Shown: positions 18,653 through 28,049 of the stretch, piece by piece | How positions within the stretch are numbered: the first letter of the stretch is position 1 | How the letters are laid out: each line of letters opens with the position of its first letter | Source of the DNA: Shigella phage ESh17 | Reading direction: 5' to 3' (one strand) | Sequence record: ON528727 | Length of the DNA stretch: 64,000 nt | The notes under the pieces: generated by a model | What the model was told of the DNA's origin: nothing | Databases searched by the model: none | The model's input: only the letters and a program-made list of their open reading frames with translations | Translations under genes and position numbers: made by a program

Positions 18653-21349
18653 ATGAAAGAATTTTATATCTCTATTGAAACAGTCGGAAATAACATTGTT
18701 GAACGTTATATTGATGAAAATGGAAAGGAACGTACTCGTGAAGTAGAATATCTTCCAACTATGTTTAGACACTGTAAGGAAGAATCAAAATACAAAGACA
18801 TTTACGGTAAAAACTGTGCTCCTCAAAAATTTCCATCAATGAAAGATGCCCGAGATTGGATGAAACGAATGGAAGACATCGGTCTCGAAGCTCTCGGTAT
18901 GAACGATTTTAAACTCGCTTATATCAGTGATACATACGGTTCAGAAATTGTTTATGACCGAAAATTTGTTCGTGTAGCTAACTGTGACATTGAGGTTACT
19001 GGTGATAAATTTCCTGACCCAATGAAAGCTGAATATGAAATTGATGCTATCACTCATTACGATTCAATTGATGATCGTTTTTATGTTTTCGACCTTTTGA
19101 ATTCAATGTACGGTTCAGTATCAAAATGGGATGCAAAGTTAGCTGCTAAGCTTGACTGTGAAGGTGGTGATGAAGTTCCTCAAGAAATTCTTGACCGAGT
19201 AATTTATATGCCATTCGATAATGAGCGTGATATGCTCATGGAATATATCAATCTCTGGGAACAGAAACGACCTGCTATTTTTACTGGTTGGAATATTGAG
19301 GGGTTTGACGTTCCGTATATCATGAATCGCGTTAAAATGGTTCTCGGTGAACGTAGTATGAAACGCTTCTCTCCAATCGGTCGAGTAAAATCTAAACTAA
19401 TTCAAAATATGTACGGCAGCAAAGAAATTTATTCTATTGATGGCGTATCTATTCTTGATTATTTAGATTTGTACAAGAAATTCGCTTTTACTAATTTGCC
19501 GTCATTCTCTTTGGAATCAGTTGCTCAGCATGAAACCAAAAAAGGTAAATTACCATACGACGGTCCTATTAATAAACTTCGTGAGACTAATCATCAACGA
19601 TACATTAGTTATAACATCATTGACGTAGAATCAGTTCAAGCAATTGATAAAATTCGCGGGTTTATCGATCTAGTTTTAAGTATGTCTTATTACGCTAAAA
19701 TGCCTTTTTCCGGTGTAATGAGTCCTATTAAAACCTGGGATGCTATTATTTTTAACTCATTGAAAGGTGAACATAAGGTTATTCCTCAACAAGGTTCGCA
19801 CGTTAAACAGAGTTTTCCGGGTGCATTCGTATTTGAACCTAAACCAATTGCTCGTCGATATATTATGAGTTTTGACTTGACGTCTCTGTATCCGAGCATT
19901 ATTCGTCAGGTTAACATTAGTCCTGAGACTATTCGTGGTCAGTTTAAAGTTCATCCAATTCATGAATATATCGCAGGAACAGCTCCTAAACCGAGTGATG
20001 AATATTCTTGTTCTCCGAATGGATGGATGTATGATAAGCATCAAGAAGGTATCATTCCAAAGGAAATCGCTAAAGTATTTTTCCAGCGTAAAGATTGGAA
20101 AAAGAAAATGTTCGCTGAAGAAATGAATGCCGAAGCTATTAAAAAGATTATTATGAAAGGCGCAGGGTCTTGTTCAACTAAACCTGAAGTTGAACGATAT
20201 GTTAAGTTCAGTGATGATTTCTTAAATGAACTATCGAATTATACTGAATCTGTTCTCAATAGTTTGATTGAAGAATGTGAAAAAGCGGCTACACTTGCTA
20301 ACACAAATCAGCTGAACCGTAAAATTCTTATTAACAGTCTTTATGGTGCTCTTGGTAATATTCATTTCCGTTACTATGATTTGCGAAATGCTACTGCTAT
20401 CACAATTTTTGGTCAAGTCGGTATTCAGTGGATTGCTCGTAAAATTAATGAATATCTGAATAAAGTATGCGGAACTAATGGTGAAGATTTCATTGCAGCA
20501 GGTGATACTGATTCGGTATATGTTTGTGTAGATAAAGTTATTGAAAAAGTTGGTCTTGACCGCTTTAAAGAACAAAATGATTTAGTTGAATTCATGAATC
20601 AGTTCGGTAAGAAAAAGATGGAACCTATGATTGATGTTGCATATCGTGAGTTATGTGATTATATGAATAACCGCGAGCATCTGATGCATATGGACCGTGA
20701 AGCTATTTCTTGCCCTCCACTTGGTTCAAAGGGCGTTGGTGGATTTTGGAAAGCGAAAAAGCGTTATGCTCTGAACGTTTATGATATGGAAGATAAGCGA
20801 TTTGCTGAACCACATCTAAAAATCATGGGTATGGAAACTCAGCAGAGTTCAACACCAAAAGCAGTGCAAGAAGCTCTCGAAGAAAGTATTCGTCGTATTC
20901 TTCAGGAAGGTGAAGAGTCTGTCCAAGAATACTACAAGAACTTTGAGAAAGAATATCGTCAACTTGATTATAAAGTTATTGCTGAAGTAAAAACTGCGAA
21001 CGATATAGCGAAATATGATGATAAAGGTTGGCCAGGATTTAAATGCCCGTTCCATATTCGTGGTGTGCTAACTTATCGTCGAGCTGTTAGTGGTCTGGGT
21101 GTAGCTCCAATTTTGGATGGAAATAAGGTAATGGTTCTTCCATTGCGTGAAGGAAATCCATTTGGTGACAAGTGCATTGCTTGGCCGTCGGGCACAGAAC
21201 TTCCAAAAGAAATTCGTTCTGATGTACTGTCTTGGATTGACTACTCAACTTTGTTCCAAAAATCGTTTGTTAAACCGCTTGCGGGTATGTGTGAATCGGC
21301 TGGTATGGACTATGAAGAAAAAGCTTCGTTAGACTTCCTGTTTGGTTGA
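18653..21349 (+). CDS. 43: DNA polymerase gp43 (family B)
   Basis: 898 aa; 3'-5' exonuclease DIE motif, polymerase motifs SLYGALGN and DTDS. Confidence 0.92.
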   Translation: MKEFYISIETVGNNIVERYIDENGKERTREVEYLPTMFRHCKEESKYKDIYGKNCAPQKFPSMKDARDWMKRMEDIGLEALGMNDFKLAYISDTYGSEIVYDRKFVRVANCDIEVTGDKFPDPMKAEYEIDAITHYDSIDDRFYVFDLLNSMYGSVSKWDAKLAAKLDCEGGDEVPQEILDRVIYMPFDNERDMLMEYINLWEQKRPAIFTGWNIEGFDVPYIMNRVKMVLGERSMKRFSPIGRVKSKLIQNMYGSKEIYSIDGVSILDYLDLYKKFAFTNLPSFSLESVAQHETKKGKLPYDGPINKLRETNHQRYISYNIIDVESVQAIDKIRGFIDLVLSMSYYAKMPFSGVMSPIKTWDAIIFNSLKGEHKVIPQQGSHVKQSFPGAFVFEPKPIARRYIMSFDLTSLYPSIIRQVNISPETIRGQFKVHPIHEYIAGTAPKPSDEYSCSPNGWMYDKHQEGIIPKEIAKVFFQRKDWKKKMFAEEMNAEAIKKIIMKGAGSCSTKPEVERYVKFSDDFLNELSNYTESVLNSLIEECEKAATLANTNQLNRKILINSLYGALGNIHFRYYDLRNATAITIFGQVGIQWIARKINEYLNKVCGTNGEDFIAAGDTDSVYVCVDKVIEKVGLDRFKEQNDLVEFMNQFGKKKMEPMIDVAYRELCDYMNNREHLMHMDREAISCPPLGSKGVGGFWKAKKRYALNVYDMEDKRFAEPHLKIMGMETQQSSTPKAVQEALEESIRRILQEGEESVQEYYKNFEKEYRQLDYKVIAEVKTANDIAKYDDKGWPGFKCPFHIRGVLTYRRAVSGLGVAPILDGNKVMVLPLREGNPFGDKCIAWPSGTELPKEIRSDVLSWIDYSTLFQKSFVKPLAGMCESAGMDYEEKASLDFLFG

Positions 21350-21363
21350 TAGAATAAATCTAG

Positions 21364-21385
21364 GGACCTCCGGGTCCCTTTTTCA
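21364..21385 (+). terminator. rho-independent terminator (GGGACC-TCCG-GGTCCC + TTTTT)
   Basis: Perfect 6-bp stem with T-run. Confidence 0.65.
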
Positions 21386-21439
21386 TACAAGTAATATAAA
21401 TCTATACTTATGAAAAACAGATGATTCTGGACCTTTAGA

Positions 21440-21500
21440 ATTCCCTAAAAAATTTTTCACAAAACTGTTTACAAGACTGTTCCTCTGTGGTACTATACAA
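21440..21500 (+). promoter_or_regulatory. T4-type early promoter
   Basis: AAAAATTTTTCACAAAA upstream element, GTTTAC 21467-21472, TACTAT 21491-21496. Confidence 0.6.
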
Positions 21501-21530
21501 CTATCAACTAATACGGATTTGGAGAATAAA

Positions 21531-21767
21531 ATGAAAATTGTTTATGGTTGCTTAGCAATGTGTTTAGTTGCATTAGCAGCAGTTCCATTTGTTAGTGTTG
21601 AAAATGATACTCAACCTGTGATTGAATCTAGCACCGTTATTCACACTAATGGTAAAATATCAGTTAAAATTGATGATAATCTTCATGTGAATACAAATGG
21701 ATCTTTAGGTGTGCAAATGGGTAATACCTGCATAAGCACTACTGGAGTAATTACTACTTGCATTTGA
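21531..21767 (+). CDS. small secreted protein (signal peptide)
   Basis: ATG 21531 downstream of the early promoter; N-terminal hydrophobic signal-like segment. Confidence 0.45.
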   Translation: MKIVYGCLAMCLVALAAVPFVSVENDTQPVIESSTVIHTNGKISVKIDDNLHVNTNGSLGVQMGNTCISTTGVITTCI

Positions 21768-21777
21768 GGAAATTATT

Positions 21778-22158
21778 ATGAAAATCGCTATTTTGGTTAT
21801 TGCATTAGGTCTTACTGGTTGTGTAGCTCAAGGACCGGTAGTAAATCAGTCTGATGTAGGAAAAATTGTAAACTGTTCAAGCAAATTTTATAATCCTAAT
21901 GTCAAGTGTTATAAAGAAGCTCCAAAGCAAACAGTCGAACAAATGCAGGCGAATTTTGGCGAAGCTATTCGTCCAGATGAATCTGCTCAAGCATATCGTA
22001 ATTCGGATGTAATTACACGCGAAGAAAAAATTGAAAACTACTGCGCCGAAATTTGGGCTAATTGGGCTAATAATTACCAATGGCGTACTGGTAAAAATGC
22101 TCCGATGGAGTATGTAGTGAATTCTTATAATTCATGTGTAAAAAATTTGACTAAGTGA
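21778..22158 (+). CDS. putative lipoprotein (126 aa)
   Basis: N-terminal signal with lipobox-like LTGC. Confidence 0.5.
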   Translation: MKIAILVIALGLTGCVAQGPVVNQSDVGKIVNCSSKFYNPNVKCYKEAPKQTVEQMQANFGEAIRPDESAQAYRNSDVITREEKIENYCAEIWANWANNYQWRTGKNAPMEYVVNSYNSCVKNLTK

Positions 22159-22165
22159 GGAAAAC

Positions 22166-22417
22166 ATGGAAACTTTAGTAGCAGGTTCAATTTTTATGGT
22201 TTTAGTTTCAGGTGTGTTGGCTATTATTATATACATGCTTCCATGGTTTATCGCCTTGATGCGTGGGTCAAAATCGACAGTAGGAATCTTTTTCACATCT
22301 TTACTGTTTAACTGGTCAATTATTGGTTGGTTTATTACATTTATTTGGTCAATTGCGGGTGAAACTAAAAAGTCTGCACAACCAAATCAGGTAATTATCA
22401 TCAGAGAGAAGGAATGA
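22166..22417 (+). CDS. imm: immunity to superinfection membrane protein
   Basis: 83 aa, two transmembrane segments; sequence and position (between 43 and 42) as in T4. Confidence 0.8.
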   Translation: METLVAGSIFMVLVSGVLAIIIYMLPWFIALMRGSKSTVGIFFTSLLFNWSIIGWFITFIWSIAGETKKSAQPNQVIIIREKE

Positions 22418-22563
22418 AAAGCAAAATTATAGCAGTGTTGCTTTTAATCTTGATGATTATAATAAGTATATACTATAGTGTAACGGTTCCTCTTATGATT
22501 CCAACTATTATTTTAGGTTGGGGTTTATTACTGTTACAAGTTAAATATGAATGTATCAATTGA
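22414..22563 (+). CDS. small membrane protein (49 aa)
   Basis: ATGA overlap with the imm stop; strongly hydrophobic; not in the supplied track. Confidence 0.4.
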   Translation: MKSKIIAVLLLILMIIISIYYSVTVPLMIPTIILGWGLLLLQVKYECIN

Positions 22564-22570
22564 GGTTTAA

Positions 22571-23311
22571 ATGATTAGTGACTCTATGACAGTTGAAGAA
22601 ATCCGTCTTCATTTGGGGCTTGCATTAAAAGAAAAAGATTTCGTAGTTGATAAAACTGGTGTTAAAACTATTGAAATTATTGGCGCATCATTTGTAGCAG
22701 ATGAACCGTTTATTTTTGGCGCTCTTAATGATGAATACATTCAGCGTGAACTTGAATGGTATAAATCTAAGAGCTTGTTTGTTAAAGATATTCCAGGTGA
22801 AACACCAAAGATTTGGCAGCAGGTAGCATCTTCTAAAGGCGAAATTAACTCGAATTATGGTTGGGCTATTTGGTCAGAAGATAACTATGCCCAGTATGAT
22901 ATGTGTTTAGCTGAACTTGGTCAAAATCCTGATTCTCGACGTGGTATCATGATTTATACTCGTCCATCCATGCAATTTGACTACAATAAAGATGGTATGT
23001 CAGATTTCATGTGTACTAATACAGTACAGTACCTGATTCGTGATAAGAAAGTCAATGCAGTAGTAAGCATGCGCTCAAATGACGTGGTCTTCGGATTCCG
23101 TAATGACTATGCATGGCAAAAATACGTACTAGATAAATTAGTATCTGATTTGAATGCAGGCGATTCAACTCGTCAGTATAAAGCAGGTTCTATTATATGG
23201 AATGTTGGAAGTCTTCATGTATATTCTCGTCATTTTTACTTGGTTGATCATTGGTGGAATACTGGCGAAACTCATATTGTGAAAAAAGATTATAACGGTG
23301 AGTGGAAATGA
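22571..23311 (+). CDS. 42: dCMP hydroxymethylase gp42
   Basis: 246 aa; position and length as in T4. Confidence 0.85.
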   Translation: MISDSMTVEEIRLHLGLALKEKDFVVDKTGVKTIEIIGASFVADEPFIFGALNDEYIQRELEWYKSKSLFVKDIPGETPKIWQQVASSKGEINSNYGWAIWSEDNYAQYDMCLAELGQNPDSRRGIMIYTRPSMQFDYNKDGMSDFMCTNTVQYLIRDKKVNAVVSMRSNDVVFGFRNDYAWQKYVLDKLVSDLNAGDSTRQYKAGSIIWNVGSLHVYSRHFYLVDHWWNTGETHIVKKDYNGEWK

Positions 23312-24150
23312 TTCAATTCGTAATTCCAAGTTATCAGCGTGTCGGGGCAGTTTCTGCCCTTGATATGTTTCCGACTGATTATGAACCGCATATTGTAGTG
23401 CGTGAACACGAAGAAAAAGCTTATTATGATGCCTATGGGTCTAGAGCTAAAATTATAACTATTCCTGATGATGTAAACGGAATTGCCGGTACTCGTAAAG
23501 CAATTACTGATATGTATGCAGGTCAACGAATCTGGATGATTGACGATGATACTACTATTCGTATGAGTTCAATGCGAAAAAGAGATGATCGTCGTTGTGT
23601 GGATAAAGTCAATCAATTGACTCGTGAACAGTTCTATGAATTGATTCAATATGTTGAGGATGCCATGGATTGTGGGTATTATCATGGCCATGCTCGTCTA
23701 CCTATTTTTAAAATTACTTCATCTTGGGGTAATTATCGTGAAAATTCATATGGATTCACGAATACATGGTATGACCTCGGAAAACTTACTACAGAACAAA
23801 TTGGGTATGGAAAAATTGATTTATGCGAAGATATGTATGCATTTCTCAATTTAATTAATCAAGGTTATCCGCATTTGGCCTTGTTCAAATATCTAGTTGT
23901 ATCTGGAAAAGCACAAGCTCCTGGCGGATGTAGTTCAATTCGTAGTAATTCTAAACATAATAGAGCGCTTGAGCAAATCAATAGAGAGTTTCCAGAGCAA
24001 GCTCGTTGGAAAACTTCTAATATTGAAAAACGAAAATCGTTGGGTGAAGAAGATGAACCACTAAAGGTTCTTCGCATGTGTGTTTCGCGTAAAGAAAAAT
24101 CAGAAGCATTTCATAAGTTTAATGCTATTCATCCAATAGCAGTTGATTAA
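23308..24150 (+). CDS. putative glycosyltransferase (DXD motif), candidate second glucosyl-HMC transferase
   Basis: 280 aa from ATG 23308 (ATGA overlap with gene 42); IWMIDDDTT DXD-type motif; occupies the position where T4 has beta-gt. Confidence 0.55.
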   Translation: MIQFVIPSYQRVGAVSALDMFPTDYEPHIVVREHEEKAYYDAYGSRAKIITIPDDVNGIAGTRKAITDMYAGQRIWMIDDDTTIRMSSMRKRDDRRCVDKVNQLTREQFYELIQYVEDAMDCGYYHGHARLPIFKITSSWGNYRENSYGFTNTWYDLGKLTTEQIGYGKIDLCEDMYAFLNLINQGYPHLALFKYLVVSGKAQAPGGCSSIRSNSKHNRALEQINREFPEQARWKTSNIEKRKSLGEEDEPLKVLRMCVSRKEKSEAFHKFNAIHPIAVD

Positions 24151-24227
24151 TGCCTAAATTTATTGTGTTATAATTACTCTATCTTTAACCAGTGAGGAAA
24201 ATATAATGATGCCTATGGAAAAAATGA

Positions 24228-25409
24228 ATGTCTATTGCAGATTTAAAATCCCGTTTGATTAAAGCTTCAACTTCTAAAATGACTGCTGAACTGACTACAT
24301 CTAAATTCTTTAATGAAAAGGATGTAATCCGTACAAAAATCCCAATGCTTAATATTGCTATTTCTGGCGCGATTGATGGCGGTATGCAGTCTGGTTTAAC
24401 TATTTTCGCAGGGCCTTCTAAACACTTTAAATCAAATATGTCTTTGACTATGGTTGCGGCATATTTGAACAAATATCCTGACGCGGTTTGTCTATTCTAT
24501 GATAGCGAATTTGGTATTACTCCAGCTTATTTGCGATCCATGGGAGTTGACCCGGAACGAGTAATTCATACACCAATTCAGTCAGTTGAACAGCTGAAAA
24601 TTGATATGGTGAATCAGCTTGAAGCTATTGAGCGTGGTGAAAAGGTTATTGTATTCATCGACTCAATCGGTAATATGGCTTCTAAGAAAGAAACGGAAGA
24701 TGCCTTGAATGAAAAATCTGTGGCAGATATGACTCGTGCTAAATCACTGAAGTCATTATTCCGTATTGTTACTCCTTATTTTAGCATTAAAAATATTCCG
24801 TGCGTTGCGGTTAACCATACAATTGAAACAATTGAAATGTTTAGTAAAACCGTAATGACAGGTGGTACAGGCGTAATGTATTCGGCTGATACCGTATTCA
24901 TTATCGGTAAACGTCAGATTAAAGATGGTTCTGATCTTCAGGGGTATCAATTTGTTCTAAATGTAGAAAAATCTCGTACCGTTAAAGAAAAAAGTAAATT
25001 CTTTATTGATGTTAAATTTGACGGTGGTATCGATCCTTATTCTGGATTGTTAGATATGGCTCTAGAATTAGGATTCGTGGTAAAACCTAAAAATGGCTGG
25101 TATGCTCGTGAATTTCTTGACGAAGAAACCGGCGAGATGATTCGCGAAGAAAAATCTTGGCGTGCAAAAGATACCAACTGCACTACATTCTGGGGTCCTT
25201 TATTTAAGCATCAACCATTCCGAGATGCTATTAAACGTGCTTATCAGTTAGGTGCTATTGATAGTAATGAAATTGTTGAAGCTGAAGTTGATGAATTGAT
25301 TAACTCAAAGGTTGAAAAATTTAAATCTCCAGAAAGTAAAAGTAAATCAGCAGCTGATTTAGAAACTGACCTCGAACAGTTAAGTGATATGGAAGAATTT
25401 AATGAATAA
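24228..25409 (+). CDS. uvsX: recombinase UvsX (RecA-like)
   Basis: 393 aa; Walker A GPSKHFKS; C-terminal acidic tail. Confidence 0.9.
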   Translation: MSIADLKSRLIKASTSKMTAELTTSKFFNEKDVIRTKIPMLNIAISGAIDGGMQSGLTIFAGPSKHFKSNMSLTMVAAYLNKYPDAVCLFYDSEFGITPAYLRSMGVDPERVIHTPIQSVEQLKIDMVNQLEAIERGEKVIVFIDSIGNMASKKETEDALNEKSVADMTRAKSLKSLFRIVTPYFSIKNIPCVAVNHTIETIEMFSKTVMTGGTGVMYSADTVFIIGKRQIKDGSDLQGYQFVLNVEKSRTVKEKSKFFIDVKFDGGIDPYSGLLDMALELGFVVKPKNGWYAREFLDEETGEMIREEKSWRAKDTNCTTFWGPLFKHQPFRDAIKRAYQLGAIDSNEIVEAEVDELINSKVEKFKSPESKSKSAADLETDLEQLSDMEEFNE

Positions 25410-25746
25410 AGATGATTTAGATTTAGATCTAGAAATTATCGACGAATCCCCCTCTTCGGAGGGGGAAGAAGAAAGAAAAGAACGTCTTTTTAATGAATCT
25501 CTTAAGATAATTAAATCTGCCATGGAAAATGTTATCCAGGAGATTGTCATTAAACTAGAAGACGGTTCTACACACATTGTGTATGTGACAAAATTAGATT
25601 GGGTTGATGGAAAGGTTGTAATGGACTTTGCTGTTCTTGACCAAGAAAGAAAAGCTGAGTTAGCTCCTCATGTAGAAAAATGTATTACAATGCAACTGCA
25701 AGATGCATTTAATAAAAGGTCAAAGAAAAAATTTAAATTCTTTTAA
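25402..25746 (+). CDS. 40: gp40 (head vertex assembly protein), start uncertain
   Basis: ATG 25402 overlapping the uvsX stop; track ORF begins at GTG 25384. Confidence 0.55.
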   Translation: MNKDDLDLDLEIIDESPSSEGEEERKERLFNESLKIIKSAMENVIQEIVIKLEDGSTHIVYVTKLDWVDGKVVMDFAVLDQERKAELAPHVEKCITMQLQDAFNKRSKKKFKFF

Positions 25747-25755
25747 GGAGTAAGT

Positions 25756-27183
25756 GTGGTAGAAATTATTCTTTCTCATCTCATATTTGATCAAGCTTAT
25801 TTTTCAAAAGTTTGGCCATATATGGATTCAGAATATTTTGAAAGTGGTCCAGCTAAAAATACATTCAAATTAATTAAATCTCATGTCAATGAGTATCATA
25901 GCGTTCCATCTATTAATGCGTTAAATGTTGCATTAGAAAATAGTTCATTTACTGAAACAGAATATTCTGGTGTAAAAACACTTATTTCAAAACTGGCTGA
26001 TTCTCCGGAAGACCACAGTTGGTTAATAAAAGAAACAGAAAAATATGTTCAGCAAAGGGCGATGTTTAATGCTACGTCTAAAATAATCGAAATTCAAACT
26101 AATGCTGAGCTTCCTCCGGAAAAACGAAATAAGAAAATGCCGGATGTTGGTGCTATTCCTGACATCATGCGCCAAGCATTATCAATTTCATTTGATAGCT
26201 ACGTTGGTCATGATTGGATGGATGACTACGAAGCACGTTGGCTATCTTATATGAATAAAGCTCGTAAGGTTCCATTTAAACTCAGAATTCTAAACAAAAT
26301 TACTAAAGGCGGAGCTGAGACTGGAACACTGAACGTTTTAATGGCTGGCGTTAACGTTGGTAAGTCATTAGGATTGTGTTCATTGGCAGCAGATTATTTG
26401 CAGCTCGGACATAATGTTCTTTACATCTCCATGGAAATGGCAGAAGAAGTCTGTGCTAAGCGTATTGATGCTAATATGCTTGATGTTTCTCTTGATGACA
26501 TTGATGATGGGCATATTTCTTACGCTGAGTATAAAGGAAAAATGGAAAAATGGCGTGAGAAATCTACTCTCGGTCGTTTAATCGTTAAACAGTATCCTAC
26601 TGGTGGAGCAGATGCTAATACATTCAGGTCTCTCTTGAATGAATTGAAGCTCAAAAAGAATTTTGTTCCAACAATCATTATTGTCGACTATCTAGGTATT
26701 TGTAAATCTTGCCGCATTAGAGTTTATTCAGAAAATAGTTACACAACTGTTAAAGCTATCGCAGAGGAATTGCGTGCTCTGGCTGTTGAAACCGAAACTG
26801 TTCTTTGGACTGCAGCACAGGTCGGTAAACAAGCTTGGGACTCTTCCGATGTTAACATGAGCGATATTGCAGAATCTGCTGGTCTTCCAGCAACAGCTGA
26901 TTTTATGCTTGCGGTCATTGAAACTGAGGAGCTAGCAGCTGCTGAACAACAACTTATTAAGCAAATCAAATCACGATATGGTGATAAGAATAAGTGGAAT
27001 AAGTTTTTGATGGGTGTTCAAAAAGGAAATCAAAAATGGGTAGAAATTGAACAAGATTCTACTCCAACCGAAGTGAGTGAAGTAGCAGGTTCACAACAGA
27101 TTCAGGCTGAACAGAATCGCTATCAAAGAAACGAATCAGCTCGAGCTCAGTTAGATGCTTTGGCAAATGAATTAAAATTTTAG
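25756..27183 (+). CDS. 41: replicative DNA helicase gp41 (DnaB-like)
   Basis: 475 aa; Walker A GVNVGKS; GTG start preceded by AAGGAG. Confidence 0.9.
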   Translation: MVEIILSHLIFDQAYFSKVWPYMDSEYFESGPAKNTFKLIKSHVNEYHSVPSINALNVALENSSFTETEYSGVKTLISKLADSPEDHSWLIKETEKYVQQRAMFNATSKIIEIQTNAELPPEKRNKKMPDVGAIPDIMRQALSISFDSYVGHDWMDDYEARWLSYMNKARKVPFKLRILNKITKGGAETGTLNVLMAGVNVGKSLGLCSLAADYLQLGHNVLYISMEMAEEVCAKRIDANMLDVSLDDIDDGHISYAEYKGKMEKWREKSTLGRLIVKQYPTGGADANTFRSLLNELKLKKNFVPTIIIVDYLGICKSCRIRVYSENSYTTVKAIAEELRALAVETETVLWTAAQVGKQAWDSSDVNMSDIAESAGLPATADFMLAVIETEELAAAEQQLIKQIKSRYGDKNKWNKFLMGVQKGNQKWVEIEQDSTPTEVSEVAGSQQIQAEQNRYQRNESARAQLDALANELKF

Positions 27184-27230
27184 TTTACAAGCTGACAAGA
27201 CTATGGTATAGTAGTCTTGTTGGTTAAATG
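27181..27230 (+). promoter_or_regulatory. T4-type early promoter
   Basis: GTTTAC 27184-27189, 17-nt spacer, TATAGT 27207-27212. Confidence 0.5.
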
Positions 27231-27241
27231 AGGAGATTGTT

Positions 27242-27424
27242 ATGGAATTGGTAAAGGTAGTTTTTATGGGGTGGTTTAAGAATGAAAGCATGTTTACTAA
27301 AGAAATCACAATGATGAAAGATGACGTTCAATGGGCTACTACTCAATATGCTGAAGTTAATAAAGCATTAGTTAAAGCTTTCATTGATGACAAGAAAGTG
27401 TGCGAAGTGGATTGCCGAGGATAA
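27242..27424 (+). CDS. dmd: Dmd (antitoxin against host RnlA/LsoA)
   Basis: 60 aa; first gene downstream of 41 as in T4. Confidence 0.7.
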   Translation: MELVKVVFMGWFKNESMFTKEITMMKDDVQWATTQYAEVNKALVKAFIDDKKVCEVDCRG

Positions 27425-27425
27425 T

Positions 27426-27683
27426 ATGCATATTGTTTTATTTAAACCTACTCCGTATAACGTCAGGAAAAATACGCAATTCAAAGCACTTATTGCAGAT
27501 ACGTGGGAATTGGTGTTAGATATTCCAGCAGAAGAAAGTCCTCCATTTGGTCGAGTGGAATTTATTAAGTTTGCTGTTCGCCCTACGAAGCGGCAGATTC
27601 GCCAATGCAAAAGATACTTTCGTAAAATTGTCAAGTTAGAGAACCAGTTTGTAACATGTGATTATGCAGAAGTTTTAAAATAA
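27426..27683 (+). CDS. hypothetical protein (85 aa from ATG 27426)
   Basis: ATG 2 nt after the dmd stop. Confidence 0.45.
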   Translation: MHIVLFKPTPYNVRKNTQFKALIADTWELVLDIPAEESPPFGRVEFIKFAVRPTKRQIRQCKRYFRKIVKLENQFVTCDYAEVLK

Positions 27684-27743
27684 CTGTTTACTTTTATTGG
27701 AAATTGAGATACTATATAAACATAAACTACTGAGGAGATTATC

Positions 27744-28037
27744 ATGAAAAAATTTATCTTTGCTACAATTTTTGCTTTAGCTTCTTGCGCTGCTCAGCCT
27801 GCTATGGCAGGCTATGATAAAGATTTGTGCGAATGGTCTATGACTGCGGATCAGACTGAGGTTGAAACCCAAATTGAAGCAGATATTATGAATATCGTTG
27901 AGCGCGATCGTCCTGAAATGAAAGCCGAAGTGCAAAAACAGCTTAAGTCTGGTGGTGTAATGCAGTATAATTATGTTCTATATTGCGATAAAAACTTTAA
28001 TAATAAAAATATCATCGCTGAAGTGGTAGGTGAGTAA
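27744..28037 (+). CDS. sp: Spackle-like periplasmic protein
   Basis: 97 aa with signal peptide (LASCAAQPAMA); position between dmd and 61 as T4 sp. Confidence 0.6.
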   Translation: MKKFIFATIFALASCAAQPAMAGYDKDLCEWSMTADQTEVETQIEADIMNIVERDRPEMKAEVQKQLKSGGVMQYNYVLYCDKNFNNKNIIAEVVGE

Positions 28038-28049
28038 TTAGAGGTTAGT

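Noticed and set aside
19757-20575. Minus-strand and alternate-frame ORFs inside gene 43 (19757-20044, 19935-20126, 20231-20575, 20849-21055, 21147-21332)
   Set aside because: All are embedded in the DNA polymerase coding sequence, which has clear catalytic motifs; no independent start signals.
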